Source: Phoronis australis
Lineage: Eukaryota > Animalia > Phoronida
NCBI GenBank assembly: GCA_002633005.1
Contig: NMRA01000032.1
Span: 1,465,999 to 1,529,998 of the forward strand
Direction of reading: 5' to 3'
DNA: 64,000 bases
The notes under the pieces were generated by a model, which saw nothing but the letters and a program-made list of their open reading frames with translations, made no database searches and was not told the origin of the DNA. This document shows positions 1 through 13,740 of this stretch, piece by piece; the first letter of the stretch is position 1, and every line of letters starts with the position of its first letter. Position numbers and translations under genes: made by a program.

Positions 1-581
1 CATTTGTTTTAAGCGAGTTGGCTGTGTTACAACATCAATGGGGGCTCTTTCAGAAACAAGTTTCGGAAAGCCCCCACGGGAGACCTTTCCGGATCATTTG
101 CATGCCTGTCAAGGGCACATATATAGTGAGGGCAAAATGTCCTTGACTTCTCAATTGTGGTCTTTAGAGGACAGTTAAAACATTTCAGTTTGATCAATCC
201 TCAATGAAGGCTCATCTTAAAGTAGCTTGACTGCCAACAAATTCAACCTGGTTGGTATTTTTAGTCAATGACAAACCAGGGCAAAGCTAATTTTTGAAAG
301 ACTACCACACTTTTTCGAAAAAGCCACTTGGGGCAAAATCACTCCAGGGGGCTCTTTCCGCAATCCCAGGCACATTTTCTTGAATTATAGAACTACTTCA
401 GAATTTTTCTTCTTTACTTCAATTTAGAAATTTCAGTTGCTTTAAAACAAAACATTATTATCTATTTACGATAATCACGAATATTCAGTTGATCAATCTC
501 GCAGAGTAGGTCAATAATCAAGTTGAAGGTTAAGTTTAAGAGTAAGACAGAATTTTGCTTATAAAAATGAACCTTACTCAC

Positions 582-1659
582 TTCTCACACTGGGCAGATG
601 CCTTCAACTCATCCGTTCTCCTCAGAAAAACTTGAACTAATGACCCCAAGTTACCAGTGCGACAATTATTGATGGCAAAGTTTTTGCACAGCATGGACGT
701 CGTCTCCTCTAATAGTCTGGTGTCCGCACTGAAATGAGGAAAAAATACAAACAAGAATTTATCGAAAGATTTTAATTAAACAACACAGTTGCATAATCTA
801 TTAAACCACTTGAATAAGGCCCGGCCACACATAGCATACCCAAGAACAACTTGCACTAGTGCAACTTACCCCATTTTTAAATGGACTATACACACACACA
901 CACATATCCGATAACTAGGGTAAGGCGGAAGTTGTCGATCCGTGCGTGACAATGAATACCAAATGTGAGTACAGCACGCAAAAGAAAACCTGTTTGTATG
1001 TAACCGCAGTTGATAATTATTTCCGCCCAACCCCACTTTTGCGGCCACACAGCGGTTACAACTGGTGCAAGTTACAAGTGGGGTACGTTATGCTAGTTTA
1101 AATAGTGCCAGACAGCACTCAAACCTAGCAACAACTTGTTCCAGGAGTAACTTGTGGAGGGCACTATAGAGTTTTGGATATTAGATATCTAAAACCAGAA
1201 ATGCCCAGTTAGGCAAAGACCACTAACAAGAAAGAAACCAGATCACAAAAATAATAACTGGCTTTCATCATAGGACGATCTAAAACAATGAAACCCACTT
1301 GAAATATAAACAGGTAAAGTAAAAATACTTTGTAAGAAATACGACAGATAAGAACAACAAGACTCAACTCCCAAATTATAAACCAATAAAATATCTTCTG
1401 ATTTTTTAACTATATTAACATTTCCGTTCATAAACCAAAAATTTTTTATATTTTCACACAAAGCCTTGACGCAACATTAACACTTTTTAAACTAAGTGAA
1501 CAAATACGCAAAATCTTACCTGTTACATGGTATCACAATGGAAAATGACAACAACTGATTCCAGAATGGATCGTCAGGTAAGATGACTTCAGAACTGGAC
1601 AGTCTCTTGAGATATTCATTGCTGGCCAGTTCACTGATGCTACTACTGCACGAGCCCAT
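582..1659 (-). CDS. DYM: Dymeclin, first two coding exons (1659-1520, 728-582); gene continues off the left edge
   Basis: Spliced translation MGSCSSSISELASNEYLKRLSSSEVILPDDPFWNQLLSFSIVIPCNS/ADTRLLEETTSMLCKNFAINNCRTGNLGSLVQVFLRRTDELKASAQCE matches the dymeclin N-terminus (MG myristoylation start, NEYLKxL, DPFWNQLLSFS, RTGNLGxL). Canonical GT-AG sites with compatible phases (140 nt, 147 nt). Confidence 0.95.
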
Positions 1660-3491
1660 AGTTCACCTACAGTCTAGTAGTCAGGCATTGTCTGCAATTG
1701 GATTAATGGACACAATGCAACAGAAATTGAATTCAAAACTTTGTCGCGAGTGTAATATTTAACTGAAATTGGAAGCTAATGAATGGTAGTCAGTTCAGTG
1801 ACCGCGGTCGTTCGAATCAATCAATAATTTAATTGAAGAGAGAAGAGTTGTGATTTAGTTGAGAAAAATTATGCATTAAAGATCCTCACAGCACTGAAAA
1901 GGTTGCAACTTCTCTAATGAGAAAGCCCTCTAGAGCCCAAATCCTAATTATTCACTCACTGCAGAGACACAATAAAGGTTAAATACCCGCATGAGAATTG
2001 CACAATACCCACTAGGTTTGGTGGCATATCCGTACCAGCACTAACTCCTCCTGTTTGTAGCTGACTGAATTAAACTACTCAATGAGCCTCAGAAATACTT
2101 GAAGAAGCAATAGTCAACAGGATATGTCACCACTGTTTAGCCATCAATGTTGAATTCGTATCTGAAGAGCTTTCAGGTTTAAAAACAATACCACGCTCAA
2201 CCAATCACAAAGCGTTGCAGAATGAGCAGGCAATTCAAGTTACAGGCAATGCGTTCATGTGCCGTGTTAATCAAGTCGTACAACAGTACAGTAAGAAATA
2301 TTTTGAAACTAAACTTATGAGTTTTTCGTGGTTTAAGTTGTTTTTTTGGGAGGCAGATACATTCTCATATTTTCATAAGGTACTTATAGTAACGTGACTG
2401 ATGGTTTAGCCATTGTGAGGCATAATTATCCAAAAAGGCTTCCCGTGTATGGCAGCCCTATGGGATGGCCAAAGTCTGAGCCAACTTCTCTGATCCAGTT
2501 CAGACAATGGTACTATCTACTACCAGGTGCCTGTGCATTACAAAAGAGTCAAGACACAGCATAAAACATCATTTCCTTGCATAATTTTCCGACTTTTGTA
2601 ACAAAGAGAAGACTGCTATCCACTTTAAAACAGTATGCTTTTAACCTGTGCACGAGCCATTTGCTACATCTTTGTGACATTTTTCGGGAGATGATGAGAG
2701 CTTTTCCAAAGCAAAATTTGCTCAGAAATTTGGTTTGCTATAGAACTAAAACACTAAAAACAAAGTGAAACCAATTACAACACACATACACAACCACGTG
2801 GAAGAAGAACATTTGATTGAAAAATCAGTTAAAAAGAAATGGCTGATAGGTGACGCTCTATTTTATGGCGCTGAAAGCCAATGCATCTTATCACTCCAAA
2901 CACTGAGCAGCAGAATAACGATAGAACGGCATTTTTCCATCACCGTTAACTTTAGTTTACTCAAGGAAGAGTGACATTAATTTTGTGTCACATTTTATTT
3001 GGGCAATTTTTTTATCCACATCAGTCCAAAGCTATGACTATAATTAGACAACACGTAGCCTCTCGGCTGGCTATTTAGGGGCTAAAATACTCCCCCATTA
3101 CTTTCAACACTAATTTCATCCCATGTATTTTAAATGGGCAGTAGGCCAAATCCACAAACTGAATAAGAGGTTTTCACCTCATCAAAAATTCACTTTACAC
3201 TTACAATTGTCACTTAAAAATTCCCTTACTTTCTTCAGCGATTCTTTGTTACATATATATTCGCTGAAGCACGTTGACCGGAATTGAGATGACTTTGGCG
3301 AAGAATTCCAAGTCCACTTTGTTGGTCGCCGTAAACTTTTTAACCACGAGGGATAACCGTAAAGTATTTCAACTAACGTCTCATGAGTTAAGCAAGGACT
3401 AGCAAGAGACTGAGCCTGACCTTGCACATGACACTTGCCAAAAGTAAAAAGGGAAGTCAAGATATCCAGTGGAATTTGCAACATTCATGGG

Positions 3492-3630
3492 TAAAAGTGT
3501 AGTAAACGGGTCCCTCTTCAAAATGGCTGCCAAAAACCATTTTTCACTGAATAACGGCAATGTCCGTTATTCAGTGAAACCGCTTTACACGGTAGCCATT
3601 TTGAAAAGGGACCCATTCACTCCACTTTTA
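3492..3630. repeat. Imperfect long palindrome, probably the core of a MITE, in the DYM 5' intron
   Basis: Inner arms TTTCACTGAATAACGG / CCGTTATTCAGTGAAA around a 6-nt loop; outer arms GGGTCCCTCTTCAAAATGGCTGCC / GGTAGCCATTTTGAAAAGGGACCC. Confidence 0.7.
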
Positions 3631-4190
3631 CATATTTGTGTCCCTTGGACTTTTTTCATCAACAGGCATGATTTTGTGTAACGTCCTCAAATGGCACCCA
3701 ATTAGGGGAGCTTGAGCCACAGATTTTCATGGAAAGTTCAAATTATATTGACTTCATTGCCCCAGAGCAGTGAGTACTACAGGAAACCTAGGTAGGGAAC
3801 CTGTGAAATAATACAGCATGGACGTACTGTATTCAAATCGACGGCAGACTTTTCTTTGCTACAAAAGGCAGGAAATTATGCAAGAAAATAATATAATGTT
3901 TATTAGATTGTTTTCCACTCAAATGGGTGCTATGGGCAAAGTGAGTGTCGGTTGACTCGCACCCTAGTGGCCTAGTACCTACCCAGTCACTTTTTTGAGT
4001 CACAGGTCAGATTTTGTAGCATCCCCGCCAGTCGACGAGCAGAACTACCTGGTTTGTATGAAATTTCAGGGTTTAACGGAGCTCAACACACAGTAGTACC
4101 TAGCTGTGTTTTGACGATAGTCTTCATACAGCTTAGCTGCTAGCTGGCTGGCCTGCGGCATACACCGCGATACATGAATGATACACTCAC

Positions 4191-4635
4191 CATACAGACA
4201 CGGCGATGTAAATTGGCTAGATTACAATAATATTCAAGCCCAAGGCAAAGCAATAAAAGAAATGTTGACAATAATAATTACCACATCTTTAGTTAAAAAA
4301 TACCTATATATCACTCAGCACAAACTGCCTCTACAAAACAGCGATGACTACAGCAAAACCACAAAAAACAACAACTAAGGTTACGTGTAGATGCGTCAGA
4401 CTGCTGTAATGGCTTCCCAGTCACTGGCAACTTCCGGGCATATCCATTTTATTTTTTGTTGGCATTTTCAAGACTTTATTTGATATTGTAATTTACGAAG
4501 TACTTTATTTGGTTAAAATATGGGCTCCTAAATATTTTGGTAGAAATGTCAATATTAAAACTTTTATTCTTGTTCGTATATTTTCGTATAAGCTACTCAA
4601 ATGTAGGACAACAAATTAGGTCACAAATATAAAAC
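4191..4635. promoter_or_regulatory. Probable bidirectional promoter and 5' UTR exons shared by DYM and the CTIF-like gene
   Basis: Minus-strand donor GTGAGT at 4190-4185 and an acceptor near 1692 upstream of the DYM ATG imply a non-coding DYM exon here. ETS/GABP-type ACTTCCGG at 4430-4437. Plus-strand ATG at 4636. Confidence 0.55.
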
Positions 4636-7600
4636 ATGGCTGGCCGTGGGCGAGGTAGAGGGGCGCTTCTCACGAAATCTGTTGACAGCCCACCCACTGT
4701 GGGGCTGCGAAAGCCTCGTGATGTAATCTCTACATGAGAAAGACCTACCTTTGGTCATTTTGTGATTTGATTGTTTGGTGCCCTTGCTTTGAGGTCGATC
4801 AGAAATCAGCAGACGTTTCTACACCTGTGATCTGTCATTCGGCTCTCATAATATTCGTAGACGTGTCGCTCTGAGTGTCTAGCCCGTGCAAGAGACTGAG
4901 CAATTTCCCATGTAGCCTTAGTAACTTTAACGGTGTCAGTGTCGCATCGCACGCGACCCTGTTGACATGGTTCCTAGCATGTGTGCAAACGTTTTGTCGC
5001 ATTTCTGTGTAAAATAAATAAATCTGTACTTACCGACCGTATACTTAGAGTCAGTGACAAATATTCAGCAACTTCGGCATTCGTTGGCAATAGGCTCTTG
5101 CAAAACGACTCGTTAGAAACCCAGTTTTAGATTTAACATCAATAACTGCATGGGGTTTTCTAAATTATTTTGTCCTTGTTTTATGGTGTTTTCTCTTAAA
5201 GTATTGTTGTTTTAGCAAAAGTGGCCATATTTTCTGAATTATTTTCAAAACAATTCCTAACAGCTGGAGAATAGTGCATAAAGCATGATGATCTGAAAGT
5301 TTTATATGTATACGATCACTCATTTCAGAAATATGTTCTAAAGCTAGCCAAATTTGGACATTTTTCTAGGTTCTTACAAACCTTAACTTTTGAACATCCT
5401 GATCACGAATTTGAGTCTTGTATTCAGTTGTTTGTTTGTTGAGATAAAGTGTTAAAAAGACACACTGTAACGAAATGTTCTTTTTTCCCAGGATAATAAA
5501 AGTAATAGAGAAGATAAGGACTCTGAAGAAATATTTATTAAGCTTATCGCCGAGTTGAGACATCTACCTGCCCAGTCTTCAGAAGATTACCACAAGGGTG
5601 TGTACAGTCTGGTCAAGAAGTATGCAACGACAAAGGAAAAACTGGAGGAAGTCGTCAAGCTGATTTATGATAAAAGCTTAGGTGACAGGTAACTGTTGCT
5701 ATGATTATTACATAATTTTGTTATGATGGACCATCCTGTGTAGTCAGCTCGGCTTCTCTACAGTGTTGAAATGCTAAACTAATGGCTTGTCTCTTTAGTA
5801 GACAATGTACGATTTCACATCCGTACATGTTCAGCTGATGGTATTAAGGAAGGTGCAGTTGTCTAAGGAATTGGTAACTTTTTTTCAATTATTGACTCTT
5901 ATTGGTCTAGCCTCCTCAAATTGGTGATAATGGTGTGTCTAGTACAGTTGTTGAAGTCTCTAAGATTGCATCACGGTCAATTTTTATATGGTACTCAACA
6001 CTAGTAGAAAGTTAAATAACAGAAACTAGATACTGTGCTTCATATTCCGATGTTTCGATATTCCTCAATATCATCAGGTATAATATAGTCAGTAGACAAT
6101 CATATGAAGCACAGCGTCTTGTCTTTTTAACTTTCTTGTCCATCTGGTCGAGAACTGACATATATCAGCGCTGCTTGGCTTATCAATAGATGTGAACTGC
6201 AACTAAATGGCTAATGAATGATTTAAAAGTCTTAGAAAACAAAATAACATTTTCACTTGAGAGCAAATTTGAAACACTATTACAAAGTTTTATAAACTAG
6301 AAAGCCTTACTGACTTTTTAGCCATCATAGGCTACTTGTAAGATTCAGTTTGTGACATTAAAAACTGTTTCAGGTAAACAGTGTGCAGTACAAGTTGTGC
6401 AATAACATGCTGACAAAACCAGCTTAGGTTGAAACTTTATCATGTCATGGTGCATGGTACTAGTTACACTACTGTGTTCATTCAAATAATGACAGCAGAT
6501 TTTTTTCTCAAAGTATTTAATGAAGCAGCATCTATTGAACCTCTGATAAAAGCGGCTGCACACTAGAGCTTCTTGTGGAGCAAGTTGACCTGTTATGCAT
6601 TTAGCTCATGTGAGCATTTTAGGACTTTCTATCACATGGCTATGAGGTCAATGAGTTTCATATCATATTTCTTTTTTCATGCTAGTTCATCCAATCTTCC
6701 TGTAGGTGTCGCCACAAAGAACTGTGTTTGTGTTTGTGGATACTTGACAACTATACAGAGACAGTGTTTCAGGATCTAATACTATTTGTTAATAATGCAG
6801 AGTATAAGTAAAATACATCCACGCTGACAGGCATCTACACAACAACTGACTCACTAACATGTGTTCATTTACTTTATATGGTGCCCAATAGAGGTCACTC
6901 TCATCAACAGACAGTTCCATTTGGTACACCTTGGGTATTTTCGTAGCCTCAAATTATCCCTTGTAGTGTATGTGTCATATCTGCGCGTGTTCAAACTTCA
7001 ATCATTGGTACTATAATTATTAATAGCAAGTGGCGGGATTTACAAAATGAAGAATGCCTTCGAATGCACTGGGATGCTCTTGTAATATAGCAGGCTTAGT
7101 GCATCAGGCAGTAGACTGAGAATGACCGCCGCATACGACTTTTGAGACCTGCTTGTCTGAAACCATGGTTTTAGCCCAGTCTTGACCAAATCCCTTTACT
7201 CTTATGGTTGAAGTTTGCACATTCATAGATATTAAACACATCTGAAGGAGAATTTGAGACTATGACGATATCCAAGGTGTTCTCTATGAGACAGTCTAGT
7301 CACAATGTAAATATTAACAATAACACAGAACTTGATACTTAAAATGGCATTTCCTTACTTCTTGGACCATGAGACCACCAAACTATAGTAGGACTCGGCT
7401 TAAAACTGGCCAGTAACATAGTGTGAAGTTCATATTAAGTTTACACAGTTGGAGAAGTTTCGAGATAAGATTGGTAGTAGCAGGAGCATAAAAATAAGGT
7501 ACAAGACTTGCCAAAGGTATTGTGTCAAAATGACTTTAATTCCTTGCCATGATGGCTGTACAGAAATCGAATTCAAGATCAGAGTAGTCTCCCCTGATGA

Positions 7601-10344
7601 CTGAGAATGAAGTGGAATTAACCGGAAAATAATTAATGTTGCTAAGCTTTTCTGTATTAGAATCTTCATGTCATAATAGTTATTATCAGTGATATTTGCT
7701 GTTGACAGTATTTTGTGAGATTCTGTTGTCTTGTACTGTATAAGGTAATGATTGACTTCTCTGTTACTTGTTCACATAAAGAATGAGCTTGAATGTTCTT
7801 TACAGGCAACTTTGTAAAAATGGTGTGGCTCTGTGCAATGCTTTGTGTGTGTTCGAAGTAGACTCAGTGTCATTCAGATCTGAACTTCTGAAACGGGTGC
7901 AGATAGATTTTAAAGGTATGCCATCAGTGAGTTGTCAATGTCGTCAGTGTGTCAATCTGTATAGTTCATAGATGCTGTGCTCTGAGCTTCATATTTAAAT
8001 AGCTATTTTTGTTGAAATTTTACAGTTTGAACAGTTGTGTTAGTGCAAGTGAATTGGCCACCATCATGCTGTTAGTTTCCAATTTGGAGTAGTTGCTATG
8101 GGTGCGACATCGTCACTTTACGTCCCTATTGTGCGAAAGTATAATAGCTTGTAATCTTCACCGTTTCACTTGTAGATAAAGATTTCAACAGGATTGATAA
8201 TGTGGAGCGCTACATATCGTGTGCAATATTTCTATGTCAGATGTTTCTGAATATGCGAACAAAAACGGGTGAACTCTTCCGTCCCCTAGTCACTCCAATA
8301 TTCGAATACCTGGAGCTACTTTTGTCACCTGAAGCTCAAGAAGTTGAAACTGTCTGCTGCGTGAGAGAGGTAAGCGTATCGAATGATCTTAGAGTTGTGC
8401 TAAAGTGTATGTGACGTCAAACTGCAGGTTTGTGTAATCTTTGTGTCGTAATTGGATTGAAAAGTGTGAAGACAATTTAAGTTTCACAACAGGTGGAGTT
8501 CAGTTTCGAAAACAGATGTATTGCAAAATTGTCTGGAGTTTGTTAAGGTCAAGTGTGACTAGTTGTACTAATTGCCACGCTATGATGTAAACGTGTTACA
8601 CATTTCTTCATGATTGGTAGAATATAAATAGGTAAATAAAACAACAAGAATAGATCAACTGAAATTTTCGAATGTAATAATGTCCTTTGTCAACAGAAAC
8701 AGAAATAAAGTAAAATCAAACACTATATGACTGATAAAATACCAAAGTAAAGTGAGAAAAAGTGAGTTAAGTGTAATAAAATTTTATACATGTTTGGGTG
8801 ATACAAAATTTTGCAATAAAACTAACAGAGGTCGAATCGTCGGTTAATTTAGACAAAGCGTGGTTGTTACAGTTTATGCCTTCCAATTTCAGCCAAGTCA
8901 GATTTAGCCTTACTTGAGAGCAAAATCTCTATCCATTAGATGTAACTTACGCAAGTTTTACTCTTTTATGTAATAATTATAGAGTTCTTCGGAAAATGGT
9001 ATTTCAAAATTTAATTTAATTGCTAATATTTAAAAAGAATTGCAGTTGTTTTCTCTAGCGGTTGCAGAAGTTAATTTTCTGCACTCGCCCAATAGTTCAT
9101 AGAATGACCAAAAGAGGATATTATGCACATTTTATGACATGGAGAGTTCATTTTCCAGCCAATTTTGGTAATAACTTTTGCTTTTCTTCTGTGACTTTCA
9201 AAATATCGTGTCCAACGAGTTTCATTGATTTCATAGAAGTGTTTTTTTAACCTATTCCGTTAACACTAGCACACCCTGTGAGGCTAAGCTGTTTTGGCTC
9301 GCTAATTTTCTCAAATGCTGATGAAATATACGCGTCGTATTTTTCCAGAATGTATGATTCCTTTTTACCTGTTCTGCCAACCATATCCTCTGCTGTCTGT
9401 GAAACCGTAGTGTGTTGCATCGTACAAAATAGTATGTGGACCACCAATTGTGTATATTCTCATTGGACAAAATCTGTGATTGTGGGCACAAAGCGCAACC
9501 AACATTATTGACCCCAGTCATTATTCACTAGCGGCACCTGTTGTGACTCATGGTTTTACTTCTGACAAGTAAATCGTCTGCTAACTAATTGGAAAGTGGC
9601 ACCTCTTCTTGGAATTGGATATGAAAATATTGGAGTTGCAAATATGTTTATCATCTACGGTTGCCTTGGTTAATTGCTGGTGGAAGTATTTTCACTGTTT
9701 CTCCATTACTTTTAGCTAACAGAGTTGGGAGAATTGATGGAACACTATGACACTGCTAAGATGAACAGTTTGTGGCTCTCTCTACGCAGCAAAATAATTG
9801 ATGAAATGTAAGAATGTTTTTTGCAGATTCGTACATAATTCAAGCTTTCACTTGATGACTCGTGGCGCCAATCTAGAAATTCATAACTCGAAATTGTGAA
9901 TTCAAACTCAAGATGTTGAGTTCAATGTCACATTTTTGTAACTTCCCTGTTGAGGTCTTCGAGTTCAAATTCCTAAATCATGATGTATGTGAACTCAAAA
10001 TTCAAAATATCTGGAGAATTCAAGTATAAGTAAAAATTTTGAAAAATTGTGAAGTTGGAGATTAAGCTTAAAGTGGAGGACTGTATTTCGGTTGATGGCT
10101 GTTCTCTGTTTACATGACTTAGTAACGATGTTCCGAACAGACAATGTTCCTATGAATTTTGCAAGCCCGTTCTATAAGTTTTCAAAGGCTGACTGTTAAG
10201 TGTGACTCATTCATCTCTCCCAGGTCCAGCACAAAGACCAGACTGCTGTTGCTACAAGTATTAGAACTTCGATCTAATGGATGGGAGCGATTGAATCCGG
10301 AAGCAGACAACTTTTATAAGGAAACGCTGAGAGATCTCAGTTAA
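4636..10344 (+). CDS. CTIF: MIF4G-domain protein, CTIF-like, 266 aa; exons 4636-4722, 5492-5688, 7806-7915, 8176-8369, 9716-9807, 10224-10344
   Basis: All introns GT-AG and phases join into an 801-nt ORF. LEEVVKLIYDKSLGDR, FRSELLKRVQIDF, VERYISCAIFLCQMFLNMRTKTGELFRPLVTPIFEYL and TRLLLLQVLELRSNGW match the CTIF C-terminal MIF4G domain better than MIF4GD/SLIP1. N-terminus is MAGRGRGRG; exon 1 donor (GTAATC) is the least certain. Confidence 0.88.
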
Positions 10345-10400
10345 ATGCCAGTATTTCAGTTTGATATTTTACTGTTGGTTTGTCTTTCATTTGCCTTAAC

Positions 10401-10460
10401 TACTGGTCAGTCGTTAAAAATACTGGTCAGTCGTTAAAAATACTGGTCAGTCGTTAAAAA
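10401..10460 (+). repeat. Perfect 3 x 20-bp tandem repeat in the CTIF-like 3' UTR
   Basis: TACTGGTCAGTCGTTAAAAA three times in a row. Confidence 0.95.
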
Positions 10461-12140
10461 GCTACAATAAAACTTGCATAAGCTGAATTCAAGCAGATGG
10501 AGAGGTATCCGAATAAGATGTAATTTGACTGTTCTGAAGGGTTAAGTACAAGAACGATATCAACCACGTTACGGATATTAGTCTGAGCTCAGCAAAGATC
10601 CAACTTATGTGTGTCTAACTTATGTGAGTTTTGCTTTTAAGTTTAGTGCAATCTCATTGTTGATGTGTGGATCACTTCGGTAACTTGAGACGCTTTCTAG
10701 TCGGATAATCTGCCAGTGTAATTACAGTCGTTTTAGTTGGTGCTGAAATGATTATTTATTTTGTTTTACTCCGTTCACATGCCATCAAAGTCCCCAAGAC
10801 TTTTGCGTTGGCTTTTAGATCACTTCATGTGAACGCTTACAACTGGTGGCAGGAGTACTCTTGTTGCCAGCAATTGAAAACCTTCAAAATGTCTGTGAAA
10901 CTACGCCGTAGTGCGTAGTTGTCCTGTAAATGTACGGTCATTTCCAAAAAAACCCAATGGGTTGGGTGCAATGACTAATGTGCTGCGAAAACAAAATCAT
11001 GACCTGGCGTCTAATCTCTGCACTAAAAACTGAACTTGGAAATAGACCAAGTGCACGGTGCATTTAGAGTAAACTAAAACAAATTAATTTTGTGCTCTTG
11101 TGTGTCTTAGTTTGGAGATTAGACCCTGGGCTCTGAATATACAGCCATTTTGCTTAAATTGGGGTGGAAAAGTAGTCTTTATTTCATTCCGAAATACCTT
11201 ATTTGTCTTTTAATACATGCATTTTGTTGAATAACTAAAAAATTGTAGAAATAATTTCAGGAGTTAAAACACCTGTCTCTTGAATTCGAGATTGCGGTGA
11301 TTTCAAATTGAAGTCTTCCTTAAATTCAGGATGTTGATTGCTATTAGGCAAGGTTTAGTACTTTTTAGGGTTGGTATCCAAAGAATGCTAGATTTCAAAT
11401 AACATGTACATTCTTCTGCTAGATACAACTGCTATACCTCCGACCTTTTAATATAAAAACGAGTTTTTCAATGAAGTGAAAGTTATCAAAGAGTTTTCAT
11501 GTTGAGTTACATTATTAAGATGTACAAGATAATTCTGTTAACGTGACAGCTAGGAACACATCGTGGAACAAGGTACCAGACTTTGTTTAGCTTAGGGTCT
11601 CGCATTTAACCTTTATCCGGCACTGTAGTCAAGAACTGCCGAATGGCTGTTATCGAAGACTGAACACAGTAATGGATTTTGTGGACTCGTTAGTTTATGC
11701 GCCGGAAGCATTGTAGGTGGAAATTTAAGCTTATTCTATGATGGAACACAGATGAACTTGTTAGTTGGAACATTGGAACTTGAGAAGTATTATTGAAGTT
11801 GTCTTTCAGATTTCACAATCTTCTATTGGTGAATTTCGTTCAATATAAGGCCCAACATTTTGCTCAACCGTAAAATGGAAAGTTATGTGTGAACCAGGAG
11901 TCTTATATTTTAAGGATGTCCCAAGAAACTTATCTCATTGTTTACCTTTGTTTTTAAACTTTTGTACTGGTGTTGCTAAACTGTCCGACTATGATATGTG
12001 GTATTTCTGTGCAACACTACAGATGTACATAACTTGTATTGATAAGGTATTCTTTGGACAAGTTAAACTTTTCAGCAATTGTTTTGTTTGTGAATGGGTA
12101 ACGTGTCAGCTCAGTTATTTAACTTGAATGGGGAGTTTTC

Positions 12141-12146
12141 AATAAA
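12141..12146 (+). terminator. Candidate distal polyadenylation signal of the CTIF-like gene
   Basis: AATAAA followed by U/GU-rich sequence; a proximal AATAAA also occurs near 10466. Confidence 0.4.
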
Positions 12147-13740
12147 TCTTTTGACATGTTACCAAATGTTCTGTCTTTTACTTGACTCCAGGTACGTAGC
12201 TTCATTGCTTTTGAAACGAGCCAATATTGTTTGACATTTGGATGTGTTATGCCATGAAATGTATAAAAAAAAGCTAAAGTTATTTAAAAGCAGTTTTGAT
12301 GGCGCTGTCGTGCTATAATGAATTCAAGAAGCATATGCTCTAAATTCTCGATGAATAACTTCACGGGAAGATAGGTAGAAGAAACCAAGAACAAAATTCA
12401 AAAGATGACCAAATAAACTGCAGTTTATTTTAAATGAAGGGCAAAATCTCCCACAGGTTTGCATTATGCAGAATCCTTTCATCAGTGTAGGGACGTCTAG
12501 GTAAAGTCACAATCCATCAACTCACAAATCTTACTGCTGAAGTACCCCGGTAATCAAATTCATGGCAAAAAGGCTTACAAAGAGGGTTCTGTTTGTGGCT
12601 TCAAGCATTTAAACACACTTTGTATCGTTTTTCTTTTTTTGTAAAATGAAACGTATCAAAGTCTGAAATTACCTATACCTAAGAGGTTGTATCAATGATT
12701 ATTGGGAGATTTTTATAGTTACATTTAATGATCAAGGTTGATGCTAGCGTATATTATCTTATGATACTCATATCGGAGCGCTATATAAAACCTGTCTGTG
12801 CAGTAGTTTTCTTTCTGCAGTTTTGTTATTAAAGCACGCAGTCAATGACTGATCACGTGGGCCCAGCTCATGTGTTGTGGTGATTTTCTGTTACAGCAAA
12901 GGATAATTCTCTTCCTGCAACAGGTCAATCACTGCAACACAGCACAGGCTGGAGTGACTGATCAATTGCCTACTTTTCTAACCTTCAAAAGCTCTACAAT
13001 TTGTGAGTTTTCTAATTACTGTTTATTAACAACACTTCTATCAGCAGTATTTTATAGTATGCATTTTTATTTAGGAAAAACAACGCACTGTATGAACTGT
13101 TATGTCTCAGATACGATAAGTCTCACCAGATATCGCCTAATTACCTGTCTTTATATTTTTGGGATGTGTGATATGCATAAAAGTGCAATGTGAAACCAAT
13201 GACTACAATATTCTTACTTAAATTATCTTTTTGTTTTTGTGTTATGCAAACTTTTAAGTTCTGTCGTAAAATCATAAATATTCCAATTTTCAAAAGCACC
13301 TGGTGCAGAAGGAAAACATTTTAAAACCTATAGAAAATTTTCATTTGAATGCATTGGCCGACTTGATGAAAGTATCATACATTGGTAACTGAAACAAAAG
13401 ACAAGCAGCAGGGTGTATGGGGATGTCAGCATACTCCTGCTGTGAATGCCCATGAATTACAAACCACCCACTAGGCCAAGCACAGTGGGAAGCAATGAAC
13501 TCAGACTTGAATACTAAGAACCAGCATTAGGTGGTAACGCTTGGACCTCGCTAAAAGCTAGCCAAAATCATGTGTTCTCACTTAGAATACATGAACATAT
13601 CTCATGTAATTTTGCAAAGTCTTGCTTTTCAGCCAGGTCCTAGTAGTGTTGGTGAACTCTACCCAGGGTGTGTTATTCTGAGTCAAGACCCATGTGCACT
13701 CACTTGAAAAATTCATAATGGCAACCAAAGGGAAAATTTT

